DNA from: Ignisphaera sp.
Lineage (GTDB): Archaea; Thermoproteota; Thermoprotei_A; Sulfolobales; Ignisphaeraceae
Length of the DNA: 64,000 nt
Assembly: GCA_038889075.1 (NCBI GenBank)
Contig: JAWAHS010000002.1
Span: 204,930 to 268,929 of the forward strand
Reading direction: 5' to 3'
The stretch's first letter is position 1, and each line of letters begins with the position of its first letter. The notes below the pieces were generated by a model, which saw only the letters and a program-made list of their open reading frames with translations, was not told where the DNA came from and ran no database searches. Positions 10,783 through 21,299 of this stretch are shown here, piece by piece. The translations under genes were made by a program, and so were the position numbers.

Positions 10783-10913
10783 AATGTAGACCTTAATAAT
10801 ATACGGGATTATCAATTTAGATATCGTAAAGCTCTCAAATCGTGGCTTAGATACACATTTGGAAGTTATAGACGAATAAGCTGGTTCCATCTAATAATGG
10901 TATTCACTAATCC

Positions 10914-11873
10914 TCAGCCACTATTTTCCTTTCTAACAAATTCTTCTAATTCATTCCTTTTTGGAAAGGCTGTTACGGCACCCCGTTTAAGGCATTTAAG
11001 TGCTCCAGCAGCATTCGCATATTTTACTGATGTTCTTAAGCTGTTTTTCTCTAGGATGTAGTATACTATAAATGTAGCAGTCCACGCATCTCCTGCACCA
11101 GTTGTGTCTATTGGTATTATTTTGTATGCAGGTGCATATATTTCCTCTTCTCTAGTGATTACGTACGAGCCCATTGAGCCAAGTCTTATGGCAACAATTT
11201 GAATAGATGGGTATCTTTCCATAACTTTTCTAGCAACATATTTATAATCTCTAGAGCCGAACATATTTTCAATTTCATCATATCCCATTGTAATCATCGT
11301 TGCTATCCTTAGATATCTATCCATGCTTTCTAGTGCTCTACTACCACTACCCCATACATCCCGTCTATAGTTCGGGTCTATGGATACATAAATACCATCC
11401 TCAAAGGCTCTTCTCATAACCATATACACACTTTCACTAAGAGGTGGGTAAGCGATTGCAACCCCAGAGATGTGGATAATCCTAGCCTTTGAAATCCCCT
11501 CGAGATCAATATCACTAACATCAAGCATAGTATCTGCGGTTTTCACCCAAGGCTCTCTATAGAAAAAGAAATCCCGTTCACCACCTCTATATAGAGTAAC
11601 AAATGCTAAACTGGTCCTTGCTCTCTTTCTCACAAGCCATCTAGTGTCAACCCCCTCCTGATTAAGGAATTCCTTTAACATGTCACCAAAAGGATCATCG
11701 CCAATAGCACCAATGAAGGCCGATCTATGTCCCAGCCGAGCTATACCTACAGCAACATTAGCTGGAGCCCCACCAAAATGTATTTCAAATCCCAACCCAT
11801 CTCTATAAACACTGGCTTCTGTAGGTATTATATCAACAAGTATTTCACCCATGCAAATAGCTTCAACGGTCAT
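10914..11873 (-). CDS. PfkB-family sugar kinase (fructokinase/KDG kinase-like)
   Basis: GGAPANVA, DPNYR, DTTGAGDAW signatures. Confidence 0.9.
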   Translation of the reverse strand: MTVEAICMGEILVDIIPTEASVYRDGLGFEIHFGGAPANVAVGIARLGHRSAFIGAIGDDPFGDMLKEFLNQEGVDTRWLVRKRARTSLAFVTLYRGGERDFFFYREPWVKTADTMLDVSDIDLEGISKARIIHISGVAIAYPPLSESVYMVMRRAFEDGIYVSIDPNYRRDVWGSGSRALESMDRYLRIATMITMGYDEIENMFGSRDYKYVARKVMERYPSIQIVAIRLGSMGSYVITREEEIYAPAYKIIPIDTTGAGDAWTATFIVYYILEKNSLRTSVKYANAAGALKCLKRGAVTAFPKRNELEEFVRKENSG

Positions 11874-12212
11874 TGAATACCCCCATAAACCTCTATATTT
11901 AGGTCTAGCTTAAAACTCTTATCCAATTCAATTATTCATAAATATTGTATGGTTAAAAAGAGCATAGGTCAATGTATTACATTATACATAGTTTTCAGAG
12001 AGGTGCTGTGCCGTAAGGGGTCATTGAATTAATATGTTGTAAAATATTAGATTATATTAGCAACTCCTCCATCAAATAGATCGTTTTTCATATATTCAAA
12101 ATTATTATATGTTTTTAAGTTAAGAATTGATAAATATTACCCAGTGTAGATTTTACATCTCTAGGTAGCTTTTAATTTTAGCTTAATATCATACTAATTC
12201 TGGTGTAAGACT

Positions 12213-13559
12213 TTGAGCTTTATAAAGAACAGGCCTGTATTAGAAAGGGGAGATCTACATAGAATAGCTCTAGATATTATAGAATATGGCTTAGAGTCTG
12301 CAGATCCATACAGAGCTGTGGTTGCTTCTCTTAGGATCAGCGATAATATAATTTATGTAAGGGATACTATGGTTAAGGTTAGAGGAAGGATACACGTTAT
12401 TGGCTTCGGTAAAGCATCTAGAAGAATGGCTGATGCAATGTACAATGTTTTAGGTAATAGGATTGCCGGTGGTATTGTTATTTCCCCAGAAGGCTCAGGC
12501 TACATAGGTCCAATAGAGATTGTCAAGGGAGATCACCCAATACCTGGAAATAATACCTTGAAATCGTCGCAGAGGGTATTGGAGTATCTTCAGAATAATG
12601 TATATGAAGACGATACAGTATTCATACTCATCTCAGGGGGAGGTTCAGCTCTTTTCGAGGTTCCAGAGCGCAACGTTTCATTGGATGATGTAGGTAGGTT
12701 GGCAAAGGAGCTTATGAGAAGAGGTGCTGATATATTTGAGCTAAATACTGTTAGAAAGAGATTTTCAAGAGTTAAAGGAGGTAAGCTTCTTAGATATATA
12801 AGAGCTAGAAATATAGTATCTCTAATTATAAGTGATGTTATTGGAGATAGATTAGACACTATTGCATCAGGACCTACAGCACCTGATGAAACAAGCTATG
12901 GAGATGTCTATAGTATTCTCACTAGACGTGGACTATGGAATGAGATGCCAGAAACCATGAGAAGTATAATAGAGGCTGGATTGCGTGGAGAGCTTCCAGA
13001 TACACCTAAATCTGGAGATCCTATATTTTCAAATGTTCACAACATTATAATCGCTAGTAATGCGATAGCACTAGAATCAATGGCTAGAAAGGCAGAGGAG
13101 TATGGCTTTAAATCACTGATACTAACATCTATGGTTGAGGGGGAGGCTAGGGAAGTAGGAAAAGTAATTGCATCAATAATAAAGAATATTTTAGCGTATT
13201 CAAGACCTGTAGAGAAACCTGTTGCCATACTTATTGGTGGGGAAACGGTAGTTACTGTAAGGGGTAAAGGAGTTGGTGGAAGAAACCAAGAGCTATGTCT
13301 ATCCCTAGCTGTATCAATAAAGGGTCTAGAGACCGTGGCTGTGTGTATGGGAACCGATGGAATAGATGGTATAAGTCCAGCTGCAGGAGCCATAGTAGAT
13401 GGATATACTATTGATGAAGGCTATAGGCTAGGGCTAGATCCAATAGCATATCTTGAAAATAATGATAGCTATACCTATTTCTCAAAGATAAATAGAGCCA
13501 TTATAACAGGCTATACTGGAACAAACGTAAATGATGTATTCCTAGCATTAATAAGATGA
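12213..13559 (+). CDS. gck: Glycerate 2-kinase (MOFRL family)
   Basis: GFGKAS, DHPIP, ISGGGSAL, VKGGKL, SDVIGD..DTIASGPT, GGRNQE, TDGIDG, TGTNVND. Confidence 0.92.
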   Translation: MSFIKNRPVLERGDLHRIALDIIEYGLESADPYRAVVASLRISDNIIYVRDTMVKVRGRIHVIGFGKASRRMADAMYNVLGNRIAGGIVISPEGSGYIGPIEIVKGDHPIPGNNTLKSSQRVLEYLQNNVYEDDTVFILISGGGSALFEVPERNVSLDDVGRLAKELMRRGADIFELNTVRKRFSRVKGGKLLRYIRARNIVSLIISDVIGDRLDTIASGPTAPDETSYGDVYSILTRRGLWNEMPETMRSIIEAGLRGELPDTPKSGDPIFSNVHNIIIASNAIALESMARKAEEYGFKSLILTSMVEGEAREVGKVIASIIKNILAYSRPVEKPVAILIGGETVVTVRGKGVGGRNQELCLSLAVSIKGLETVAVCMGTDGIDGISPAAGAIVDGYTIDEGYRLGLDPIAYLENNDSYTYFSKINRAIITGYTGTNVNDVFLALIR

Positions 13560-13591
13560 TGATATGTTACTCAATGTTTGAATTAAATGTT

Positions 13592-14875
13592 TCAACGACA
13601 TTCTACGTTTTTAAGAGATTGAAACGCTTTTTCAATAAAAGATATTGGATGTAATCTCCTTGTCAATACCTTTCTTAAAACTACTATAAGTACTGTAGCT
13701 GTTATAATGAAAAACACGTAGGACAACACATCCACTGTTTGGGTAGCATTTGCGTGCTCCTGGATAAACTCTATTGCTGTTCTATTTAGCGAATAGATGG
13801 CCCACGCTTCATTTGCTGGTCTTGGCTCAAGTGTTGCATACTCTGATGCTGCTACATATATGCTATTTGTATCTATCTTTATATCACCCGTCCACAGAAT
13901 CCATGGCGAATTTGTGGATATTGTTATGTTTGCAACTATATCAAGATCATCGTTGAATACGAGTAGGCTATTCATTGTTATGTAGTGTGGAGCAATTATT
14001 CGAGAGGCAAATGCTACTATTCTATCACGATCTAGGATGGCAAGTCGAAATATTATATTGCCACCTAGTTTTCTCTCCTTCAAAATATTACCGTTACTAT
14101 CTATCTTTACAATACCCATAGAACCGCCTATATAGACATGATTCTGGGCATGTGCTATGGCATATGGATAGGCTCTGATATCCTTTAAATCAATCGTCTT
14201 TATATGATTCAAATTATCATTGAATATGTCAATCCTAGGCATTTCAAAATCTCTTAAGTCTACATATAAATAGAGTAGCCATATCAGATTATTACTCTGA
14301 TCTTTGATAATCCTAGGTAAAGCATAGGGCCACCTCCATGATAGCTGAACCTGTATAGCATGGACAGCTTTAAGATCCAAACCATCTGCAGTTCTTTTTT
14401 CAACTCTATATCCACTAAAAGTAGAACCGTTAACTATACCCGCTATATAGATGTGTATGCTATCGCTATATACAGATGTAGCTACATCCATACCATCTGA
14501 AGGATTGGATATATTCAAGGAGACGACATTTAAATCCCAATCAAACGCTAGTATGATCCATCCAAAGTCAGTATCAGAAATCTTTACGGTGCCAACAGCA
14601 TATATACCATTATTTACGGCACAATCGTATAGTGTGCCAACGCCACCTCTCCATACCTTTAAAAGAGCCCCACTACTACTATTCCTAACCTCAACCCTCA
14701 TGATAGGCACACCATCAACTTCATCAAAACCAGCAACATAGATTTTGCCGCTATATGTGCAAAGAGATAGTGCAACATCCCTACCAGGACTATAATCATC
14801 TACAACAATCCATTGAAAAACACTCTGCATGGATAGTAGTAAAGCTATAACTTTAAGTATAGCCACTGTATGCAA
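13592..14875 (-). CDS. Secreted/membrane-anchored beta-propeller-like protein
   Basis: N-terminal signal-like segment, repeated IY[VI]AG/xRVExR blades, C-terminal TM helix followed by a basic tail. Confidence 0.6.
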   Translation of the reverse strand: MHTVAILKVIALLLSMQSVFQWIVVDDYSPGRDVALSLCTYSGKIYVAGFDEVDGVPIMRVEVRNSSSGALLKVWRGGVGTLYDCAVNNGIYAVGTVKISDTDFGWIILAFDWDLNVVSLNISNPSDGMDVATSVYSDSIHIYIAGIVNGSTFSGYRVEKRTADGLDLKAVHAIQVQLSWRWPYALPRIIKDQSNNLIWLLYLYVDLRDFEMPRIDIFNDNLNHIKTIDLKDIRAYPYAIAHAQNHVYIGGSMGIVKIDSNGNILKERKLGGNIIFRLAILDRDRIVAFASRIIAPHYITMNSLLVFNDDLDIVANITISTNSPWILWTGDIKIDTNSIYVAASEYATLEPRPANEAWAIYSLNRTAIEFIQEHANATQTVDVLSYVFFIITATVLIVVLRKVLTRRLHPISFIEKAFQSLKNVECR

Positions 14876-15316
14876 ATTATCTACCCCAGATATCTATTTG
14901 AGTACATTTATAAAAGCATTTGTAGAAGCAATCATTGCACCATCTCCTAGTAATCCTATACTGATAATACCTAGAGGATTTCCTATATGTATACACGGTT
15001 TATCGATAACCTTCCGTAACACACTATTTGCAATTTAATAATATTGTTAATGTAGCTACATTTGGATTCGCAGATTTAATAGCAATAGCTATATAGGTAT
15101 TGAAAACTTGAAGTTTTCTAAGCTATTGCTGTAAATTCATAGCAATACTTTCCCTTTTATAATGGCATCTATGTTGGAGCCCTATTAGGATATTTACCTG
15201 CATTGTATACATTCGCTATGGTTGCTGTAATCGAGTTTGTGTTGTAAATCGTAGCTCGGCTATTATCCACCTATTCTTTATATACCCTATCTATAGATTC
15301 ATAAGTTGTATTGTAG

Positions 15317-16822
15317 GTGTCTGTGGTGGAGGCTAAGGTGTTTGAGTATACCATAGATGGTAAAATACCATATTATGTAAAGGAGCAAAGCGATTTTATT
15401 GAAATATCATTTAGAGTCGATAGTAATGTCGATGTACTCTTCATAGAGTTTTCTAGCCCAGAGGCTGGATGCAAACTCGGTATAGGTGTTGCTGACTCTA
15501 CTGGTTATTTAAGAGGGTGGAGTGCTGAAAGAAGGTCAAAGATATATATTGCTAAGGGTACTGCGACCCCTGGATATTTACCAGGTGATATTCCCATAGG
15601 AATATGGAAGGTTATTGTAAGGCTCGACAGCATGGTTAATGGTGGCTGTAGATATAGGTTAAGGATAATAGGTTATAGAACTGTATTAGGTGGAATAACG
15701 TTTGATGATGTATTCAGGACCCTTGCATACTTAACTAAAAATACTAATCTGATTGAACTTGTGAAAGGTTATTCTGAGCTCATTTCTATAATGAACTATA
15801 CATATCCATGTAGAGACTATTCTGGTACATATAAGGGATCTAAATATGTCGAGGATAACCCTACTTGGTACAGAGGCGATCTTCATGTACATTCAATACA
15901 TAGTGATGGTAGAAATACCGTGTGTGAGGTAATTACGTTAGCACGTAATAGAGGTCTTAATTTCATAGCTCTAACAGACCACAATACAGTTAGCCAAAAT
16001 TACGAGCTCAATATAGACAGCTATAGGGATCCTATAGTCATTCCAGGAATGGAGGTGACCACCTTCTATGGGCATATGAATATATTCAATATTAAGAGAT
16101 GCGTAGATTTTAGAAGAAAAAGTAGGGAAGATTTTGAAAAACTCATTGAAGAGGTACATAGTGATGGAGGTCTCATATCTGTTAATCACCCTGATTTATC
16201 CAGAGAACCTATGTGTAGAGATTGTCCATTTAGATACAGAGATATAAAGGGTTTTGATGCTATTGAGATCTGGAATGGTCCATGGCATATATTAAATAGC
16301 GAATCACTTCTATGGTGGCACCATCTTCTTACAGAAGGCTTTAGGGTTACGGCAATTGGAGGTAGCGATTACCATGGTGTTGATCTGACAAGACTTGGTG
16401 AACCAACCACATGGGTATATGCGAATAGCTGTACTATTGAAGGCATACTCAATGGCATTAAAATGGGTAGGGTGTATATAACATACACCCCTGAGGAGCC
16501 ACTAATAGATGTAAAAGCCATCACTAACAGTGGCAATTCCTATATGATTGGAGATAGCATTAGAAGGGCGGACTCTAGCTCTATAGAACTCACTATAGAT
16601 ATTAAAAAGGCTAAGGGGTTCACTCTTAGAATTATAACATCGCGGGATGTATATAGAGCTGTGGAGATACCTGAACATAGTTTTAGATATAGAGAAAAAA
16701 TAGAGGCTAAAGATCATAACTTTATAAGAGTTGAAGTTGGCAGATATAGTGATCCCTACAAACTCATACCACATAACTATGACGACATTATAGCACTTAC
16801 CAATCCAATGTATATAGAATAA
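15317..16822 (+). CDS. PHP-domain metallohydrolase (CehA/McbA-like)
   Basis: GDLHVHSIHSDG, TDHN, GMEVTTFYGH, NHP, EIWNG, GGSDYH. Confidence 0.85.
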   Translation: MSVVEAKVFEYTIDGKIPYYVKEQSDFIEISFRVDSNVDVLFIEFSSPEAGCKLGIGVADSTGYLRGWSAERRSKIYIAKGTATPGYLPGDIPIGIWKVIVRLDSMVNGGCRYRLRIIGYRTVLGGITFDDVFRTLAYLTKNTNLIELVKGYSELISIMNYTYPCRDYSGTYKGSKYVEDNPTWYRGDLHVHSIHSDGRNTVCEVITLARNRGLNFIALTDHNTVSQNYELNIDSYRDPIVIPGMEVTTFYGHMNIFNIKRCVDFRRKSREDFEKLIEEVHSDGGLISVNHPDLSREPMCRDCPFRYRDIKGFDAIEIWNGPWHILNSESLLWWHHLLTEGFRVTAIGGSDYHGVDLTRLGEPTTWVYANSCTIEGILNGIKMGRVYITYTPEEPLIDVKAITNSGNSYMIGDSIRRADSSSIELTIDIKKAKGFTLRIITSRDVYRAVEIPEHSFRYREKIEAKDHNFIRVEVGRYSDPYKLIPHNYDDIIALTNPMYIE

Positions 16823-17524
16823 GTGGCATCCATAGAGATTTGGCACCTCTACTGCTCCACTTATAGTGACTCAGTGGATAGAATATTATTGCTTCATTAT
16901 CACTGGGTAAGCATATGGTCGTCAGCTACTTTAGGTATGCAATATTTATCTGGTTTTATAGAGCATTTCATATTAGTGGTTGAGTATTTAGCTAGGTGGG
17001 GACTGTGGTCTTTCTGAGGAATGGACTGGTGATTCTAGATTTAAGGTATTCCATTCAGCTTAAACGATGTCCGTGAACTCTATGTAAAGTGATCTCTATT
17101 GGATGCTGCGGAACAAAGGTGTAGCTCACTCTAGCAAATCTATAACAACCCAGGATAAGAAATAGCTTTAAGATGCAAGCATAGTTCATGTAAGTTAACA
17201 AGCGGATTTTTACCATCTTATCTCAATGGTGTATAGGTATGATTCTTCTTAATTTTAGCTAAAATGTTTAAAATATCACAGTTTTAGACGATTTCATATA
17301 GAAAGAATTTCTTGATAAATTCTACTATTTGTGGTGGGAAATGTTTCGTCTTGTCTTATACTTAATTTTGATGGGCTGTATCATAGAAAGTGTATATCAT
17401 TTACGACTAGACCGTACTTAGAGCAGCATAATAGGATAGTATATTTTGAAGAGGTTCTATAACTTTCTGGAAGCAGTGCTGTAACATAAATAAGCTTTTT
17501 AATCATATTCATCTATACCTTTTA

Positions 17525-17986
17525 ATGGTGTTCTTATTGTCGGTAAAGATGATTGATGTTAGCAGCAAGGATGAGATTCACCGAGAGGCTGTAGCGAGAG
17601 GCTGTATAAAACTTAGGAAGGAGACTGTTAGTAGGATAAAGAGTGGAGCTATTGAAAAAGGTGATGTATTCACGGCTTCAGCCTTAGCTGCTATACAAGC
17701 TGCTAAACAGACTTCCCTGCTACTACCATTCTGCCATGTTATAAGGATAGACCTTGTTAGACCTAGTATATGGATTGAAGATGATGAAAAGGTTTGTGTA
17801 GAGGTTTCTGTTAAAGCACGTGAACGAACCGGTGTTGAGATGGAGGCATTGACAGCTGTATCTCTCGCTCTTCTAAATATATGGGATATGGTTAAAGCAT
17901 ATGAAAAGGATGAGAATGGTCAATATCCACATACAGCTATTGAAAATATACATATTGTGAGGAAAACTAAGGTTACATTAAGTTAG
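17525..17986 (+). CDS. moaC: Cyclic pyranopterin monophosphate synthase
   Basis: MIDVS, KGDV, LLPFCH, TGVEMEAL, DMVK. Confidence 0.95.
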   Translation: MVFLLSVKMIDVSSKDEIHREAVARGCIKLRKETVSRIKSGAIEKGDVFTASALAAIQAAKQTSLLLPFCHVIRIDLVRPSIWIEDDEKVCVEVSVKARERTGVEMEALTAVSLALLNIWDMVKAYEKDENGQYPHTAIENIHIVRKTKVTLS

Positions 17987-17993
17987 TAATCTA

Positions 17994-18317
17994 ATGTGCG
18001 GTATGTTATTTAGAGGTGATGGTTCTATAATTTATTTGGCTCTTCTCGTAGGGCTTCTCGTAGGGCTCCTATCCAAGTTCAGGTTTAGAAGGATGAATAT
18101 TAGTAGAATTGTAAATAGATTTGTAATCGTCACAGTATTTATTCTAGTATTGCTAATAGGTATTGTGGCAGGCTATACTATTATGGCTAGGCTTTCTATT
18201 ATCGGTATTCAAGCTCTTCTCATATTGGTAACGGAACTTGCACTCCTAACGGTTTTACCAATAGTAATAGGTTTTTGTCTATCTTTACTAATTACGAGAA
18301 TTGGTAGAGGAAAATGA
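17994..18317 (+). CDS. Small membrane protein, probable N-terminal part of a split LysO-type exporter
   Basis: Three TM segments; ATGA overlap with the next gene. Confidence 0.55.
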   Translation: MCGMLFRGDGSIIYLALLVGLLVGLLSKFRFRRMNISRIVNRFVIVTVFILVLLIGIVAGYTIMARLSIIGIQALLILVTELALLTVLPIVIGFCLSLLITRIGRGK

Positions 18318-18943
18318 TAGGCAAATTAGCTGTAGTTGTACTGTTTGTTATAGGTTTTGGGATAGGTGTAGTACTCTATCTCATCAATATATCAATATAT
18401 ATACTATCCAAAGCAGTAGAGCTATTTCTATACATACTCATAGCATCAATAGGTATTGTAGTGGCTTATGAAGCTAAATCCATTAAAGAAGTTATGGCTG
18501 GTATAGATCTATCCGTAAGACTCGTTATAGCCACAATCCTAGGCTCTATATTAGGTGGCATCCTTACAGCGTTAATACTTCATAGTGATGTAATAGTATA
18601 CCTAGCTATAGCCCTTGGAATGGGATGGTATACATTCACAGGTTCGTACCTGGCAACTATCGATAGCTACCTAGGTCTTCTAGGATTCACAGCAAATATG
18701 TTTAGAGAAATAGCTACAATACTCCTCTATCCAATTCTATCAAAGAAATACCCTATTGAGGCTATATCCATTGGCGGGGCAACAACTATGGATACCACAC
18801 TACCTATTATAGCTAGATTTACAAACACTAGTGTAACTATAATTGCATTTATACACGGACTTATACTCACACTATTGATACCCATAATAATTCCAGCAAT
18901 AATGGCTACGAATCCAAAAACTTTTATCCCTAGCAATAGGTAG
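18314..18943 (+). CDS. LysO/DUF340-family membrane exporter
   Basis: GMGWYTF, ANMFRE, GGATTMDTTLP signature. Confidence 0.85.
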   Translation: MIGKLAVVVLFVIGFGIGVVLYLINISIYILSKAVELFLYILIASIGIVVAYEAKSIKEVMAGIDLSVRLVIATILGSILGGILTALILHSDVIVYLAIALGMGWYTFTGSYLATIDSYLGLLGFTANMFREIATILLYPILSKKYPIEAISIGGATTMDTTLPIIARFTNTSVTIIAFIHGLILTLLIPIIIPAIMATNPKTFIPSNR

Positions 18944-18975
18944 TATCAGCTAACATTGTTAGAGGCCTGGATACA

Positions 18976-20085
18976 ATGTATGAGATTAGAAAGGAATCTC
19001 TATACAATCTATTGAAGAGGCTTGTAGAGGCTGTAGGTCCATCGGGTTTCGAAGATCCTGTAAGAGATATTGTTATAGATGAACTTAAAGGTTATGCAGA
19101 TTCCCTATGGGTTGATTCTCTCGGTAATGTTATTGCCGTTAAGAAGGGATCTAGAGGATCGGCTAAGCTCATGATTGCTGGACACATGGATGAAATAGGG
19201 CTTATTATTAGCTATATTGATGAAAGAGGCTTCTTGAGATTTCAACCAATTGGTGGTGTTTCTGAACGTACACTAATTGGTCAAAGAGTTATTATAAGGT
19301 CATCTAGTGGTGGTATTGTTAGAGGAGTTATAGGATCAAAGCCTCCTCACATAATGAAGCCTGAGGAGACAAAGCAGATTCCAGAGATTAAGGATCTCTA
19401 CATAGATATAGGCGCTAGCAGTAGAGCTGAGGTCGAAAAACTAGGTATCACGATTGGTAGTGTAGCGGTATTTGAAAGGGATTTGAATACCCTAGGTACA
19501 TCTGATGTTGTAGCTGGTAAGGCCCTAGATGATAGGGTTGGCGTTGTTGCTATGATAGAAGCGTTCAAAGCTATCGATGGTAATGATGTTGATGTATATG
19601 CTGTAGCAACCGTTCAAGAGGAAGTCGGTTTAAAAGGTGCAAGAGTAGCAGCATATTCTATAACACCACATATTGCGCTTGCCCTAGATGTCACAATAGC
19701 TAGTGATGTGGCCGGCGTCTCTGAGCAGGACTGGATAACACAGCTAGGTAAAGGACCAGCCATAAAAGTTGTTGATGGTAGAGCAGCTTCCGGGCTTATA
19801 GCACATCCTGCTATTAGAGATAAGCTTATAGAGATTGCAAAACAGTATGGAATACCATATCAGCTTGAAGTACTACATGGAGGAACAACAGATGCCTCCA
19901 TAATAGCACTGAATAAAGAGGGAGTACCAGCTGCAACAATATCGATTCCTACAAGATACATACATTCACCTGTAGAGGTTGTGAATCTAAATGATATTGT
20001 AATGTCATCTAGACTCACAATGCTATTTGCAACTAAGATATCATCAGAATGGGTTTTAACGATCATACGTAGAAATCTGAAGTAG
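18976..20085 (+). CDS. M42 (TET) aminopeptidase
   Basis: GPSGFE, GHMDEIG, KALDDR, QEEVGLKGA, GTTDA, RYIHSP. Confidence 0.93.
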   Translation: MYEIRKESLYNLLKRLVEAVGPSGFEDPVRDIVIDELKGYADSLWVDSLGNVIAVKKGSRGSAKLMIAGHMDEIGLIISYIDERGFLRFQPIGGVSERTLIGQRVIIRSSSGGIVRGVIGSKPPHIMKPEETKQIPEIKDLYIDIGASSRAEVEKLGITIGSVAVFERDLNTLGTSDVVAGKALDDRVGVVAMIEAFKAIDGNDVDVYAVATVQEEVGLKGARVAAYSITPHIALALDVTIASDVAGVSEQDWITQLGKGPAIKVVDGRAASGLIAHPAIRDKLIEIAKQYGIPYQLEVLHGGTTDASIIALNKEGVPAATISIPTRYIHSPVEVVNLNDIVMSSRLTMLFATKISSEWVLTIIRRNLK

Positions 20086-20249
20086 ATTAATACACTGTTA
20101 GATGACTCTATCAATTGTGTGCAACAATATAGATTATTTTTATATAAATCAACATCCATTACCGTAGATGGAAACAGTTTCGGAGGGCTCTATAGAAAAA
20201 TATATAAATGCTCTTCGGTGAATAGTGCCCGGGAGAAATGTGAAGCACC

Positions 20250-20669
20250 ATGCCTGGCGAAAATGGGCTATTCATGGGGGCGTCCATACTAATTGTAGTT
20301 ACAGCTATCATAGGTGTTGCATTCATTCAATGGGTAGTAAGCTCAATCAATTCATTTGAGGTAGCTCAGCTATATATACTTGATGGTAGCTATATCGATA
20401 CTTCAAGTAGAATTCTATTTCTGCATATCAGAAATCCCAGTAATGTACCGATAGCTATTCAAATGATTGAAATAGTTGGTTTTGAAAAGGTAGATAGATT
20501 TACTAGATTTAATGAAGGACCGTATCTAATGCCAATAATTGTGGATCCTAATTCCGATCGTGTTATACGTGTACCACTATCACGTAACTATATTAATGGT
20601 GTGATATATCAAGTCAAGGTATATACTGCTACGGGTAGAGAATACACAACGATAGTTCAAGCAGAATAG
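20250..20669 (+). CDS. Archaeal pilin-like protein
   Basis: Single N-terminal hydrophobic helix (ASILIVVTAIIG...WV) followed by a beta-rich domain with IRNPS and a YQVKVYTATG ending, typical of crenarchaeal pilin-like proteins. Confidence 0.5.
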   Translation: MPGENGLFMGASILIVVTAIIGVAFIQWVVSSINSFEVAQLYILDGSYIDTSSRILFLHIRNPSNVPIAIQMIEIVGFEKVDRFTRFNEGPYLMPIIVDPNSDRVIRVPLSRNYINGVIYQVKVYTATGREYTTIVQAE

Positions 20670-20794
20670 AACCTTTTCACATCCATTACGATTCTACGTA
20701 CATACCAATCGCATTGCTTATATATTATTGGAAGTAGAATTCCTTAAATATTCTATAGGTACATTTTACAATACTAGAGAGTTGGTGTGAAACG

Positions 20795-21265
20795 ATGGTT
20801 TTTCCTGGTAAACGGGTTATAGTAGGCTCCGATGATGTATACCCAATTGTAAATACTGTTATCAAATACCTTACGGAGAAGGGATTTGAAGTTGTAACTG
20901 TAGGTGCTGCAAAGAGTAACAAACTAGAACCCTGGCCTATAGTTGGTTACGAAGTTGGTAAAGCCGTAGCTAGTGGTGAGGTTGACTGGGGTATTGCTAT
21001 ATGCTATACAGGTACTGGGGTGTCGATAGCTGCTAATAAGGTTAGAGGTGTTAGAGCAGCTTTATGTAATGATCCTGGAACCGCTAGAGGTGCAAGGCTT
21101 TGGAATGATGCTAATGTTCTCGTTATGAGTGGAAGGTTGGTTAGCGAGTATCTAGCTAAGGAAATTCTAGATGCATGGATCTCAACCACTGAAATAGATG
21201 AAAGTGAAGCAAAAAATATAGAAATGCTAAAAAACCTCGATAGAGGTCTACAGATAGAGCAGTAG
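20795..21265 (+). CDS. rpiB: RpiB/LacA/LacB-family sugar-phosphate isomerase
   Basis: ICYTGTGVSIAANKVRGVRAALC and GARLWNDANVL motifs. Confidence 0.85.
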   Translation: MVFPGKRVIVGSDDVYPIVNTVIKYLTEKGFEVVTVGAAKSNKLEPWPIVGYEVGKAVASGEVDWGIAICYTGTGVSIAANKVRGVRAALCNDPGTARGARLWNDANVLVMSGRLVSEYLAKEILDAWISTTEIDESEAKNIEMLKNLDRGLQIEQ

Positions 21266-21299
21266 AAGCATCTCATAGCAGATTTCCAAGGGATAAAGT

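Noticed and set aside
11995-12026. GC-rich patch with a minus-strand CTGA, possible C/D sRNA
   Set aside because: No proper RTGATGA C box and no convincing rRNA complement.
16823-17017. 64-aa ORF after the PHP gene
   Set aside because: No recognisable motif and unusual composition; likely spurious.
17252-17265. Palindrome ATTTTAGCTAAAAT
   Set aside because: AT-rich, far from any start codon; plausible by chance.
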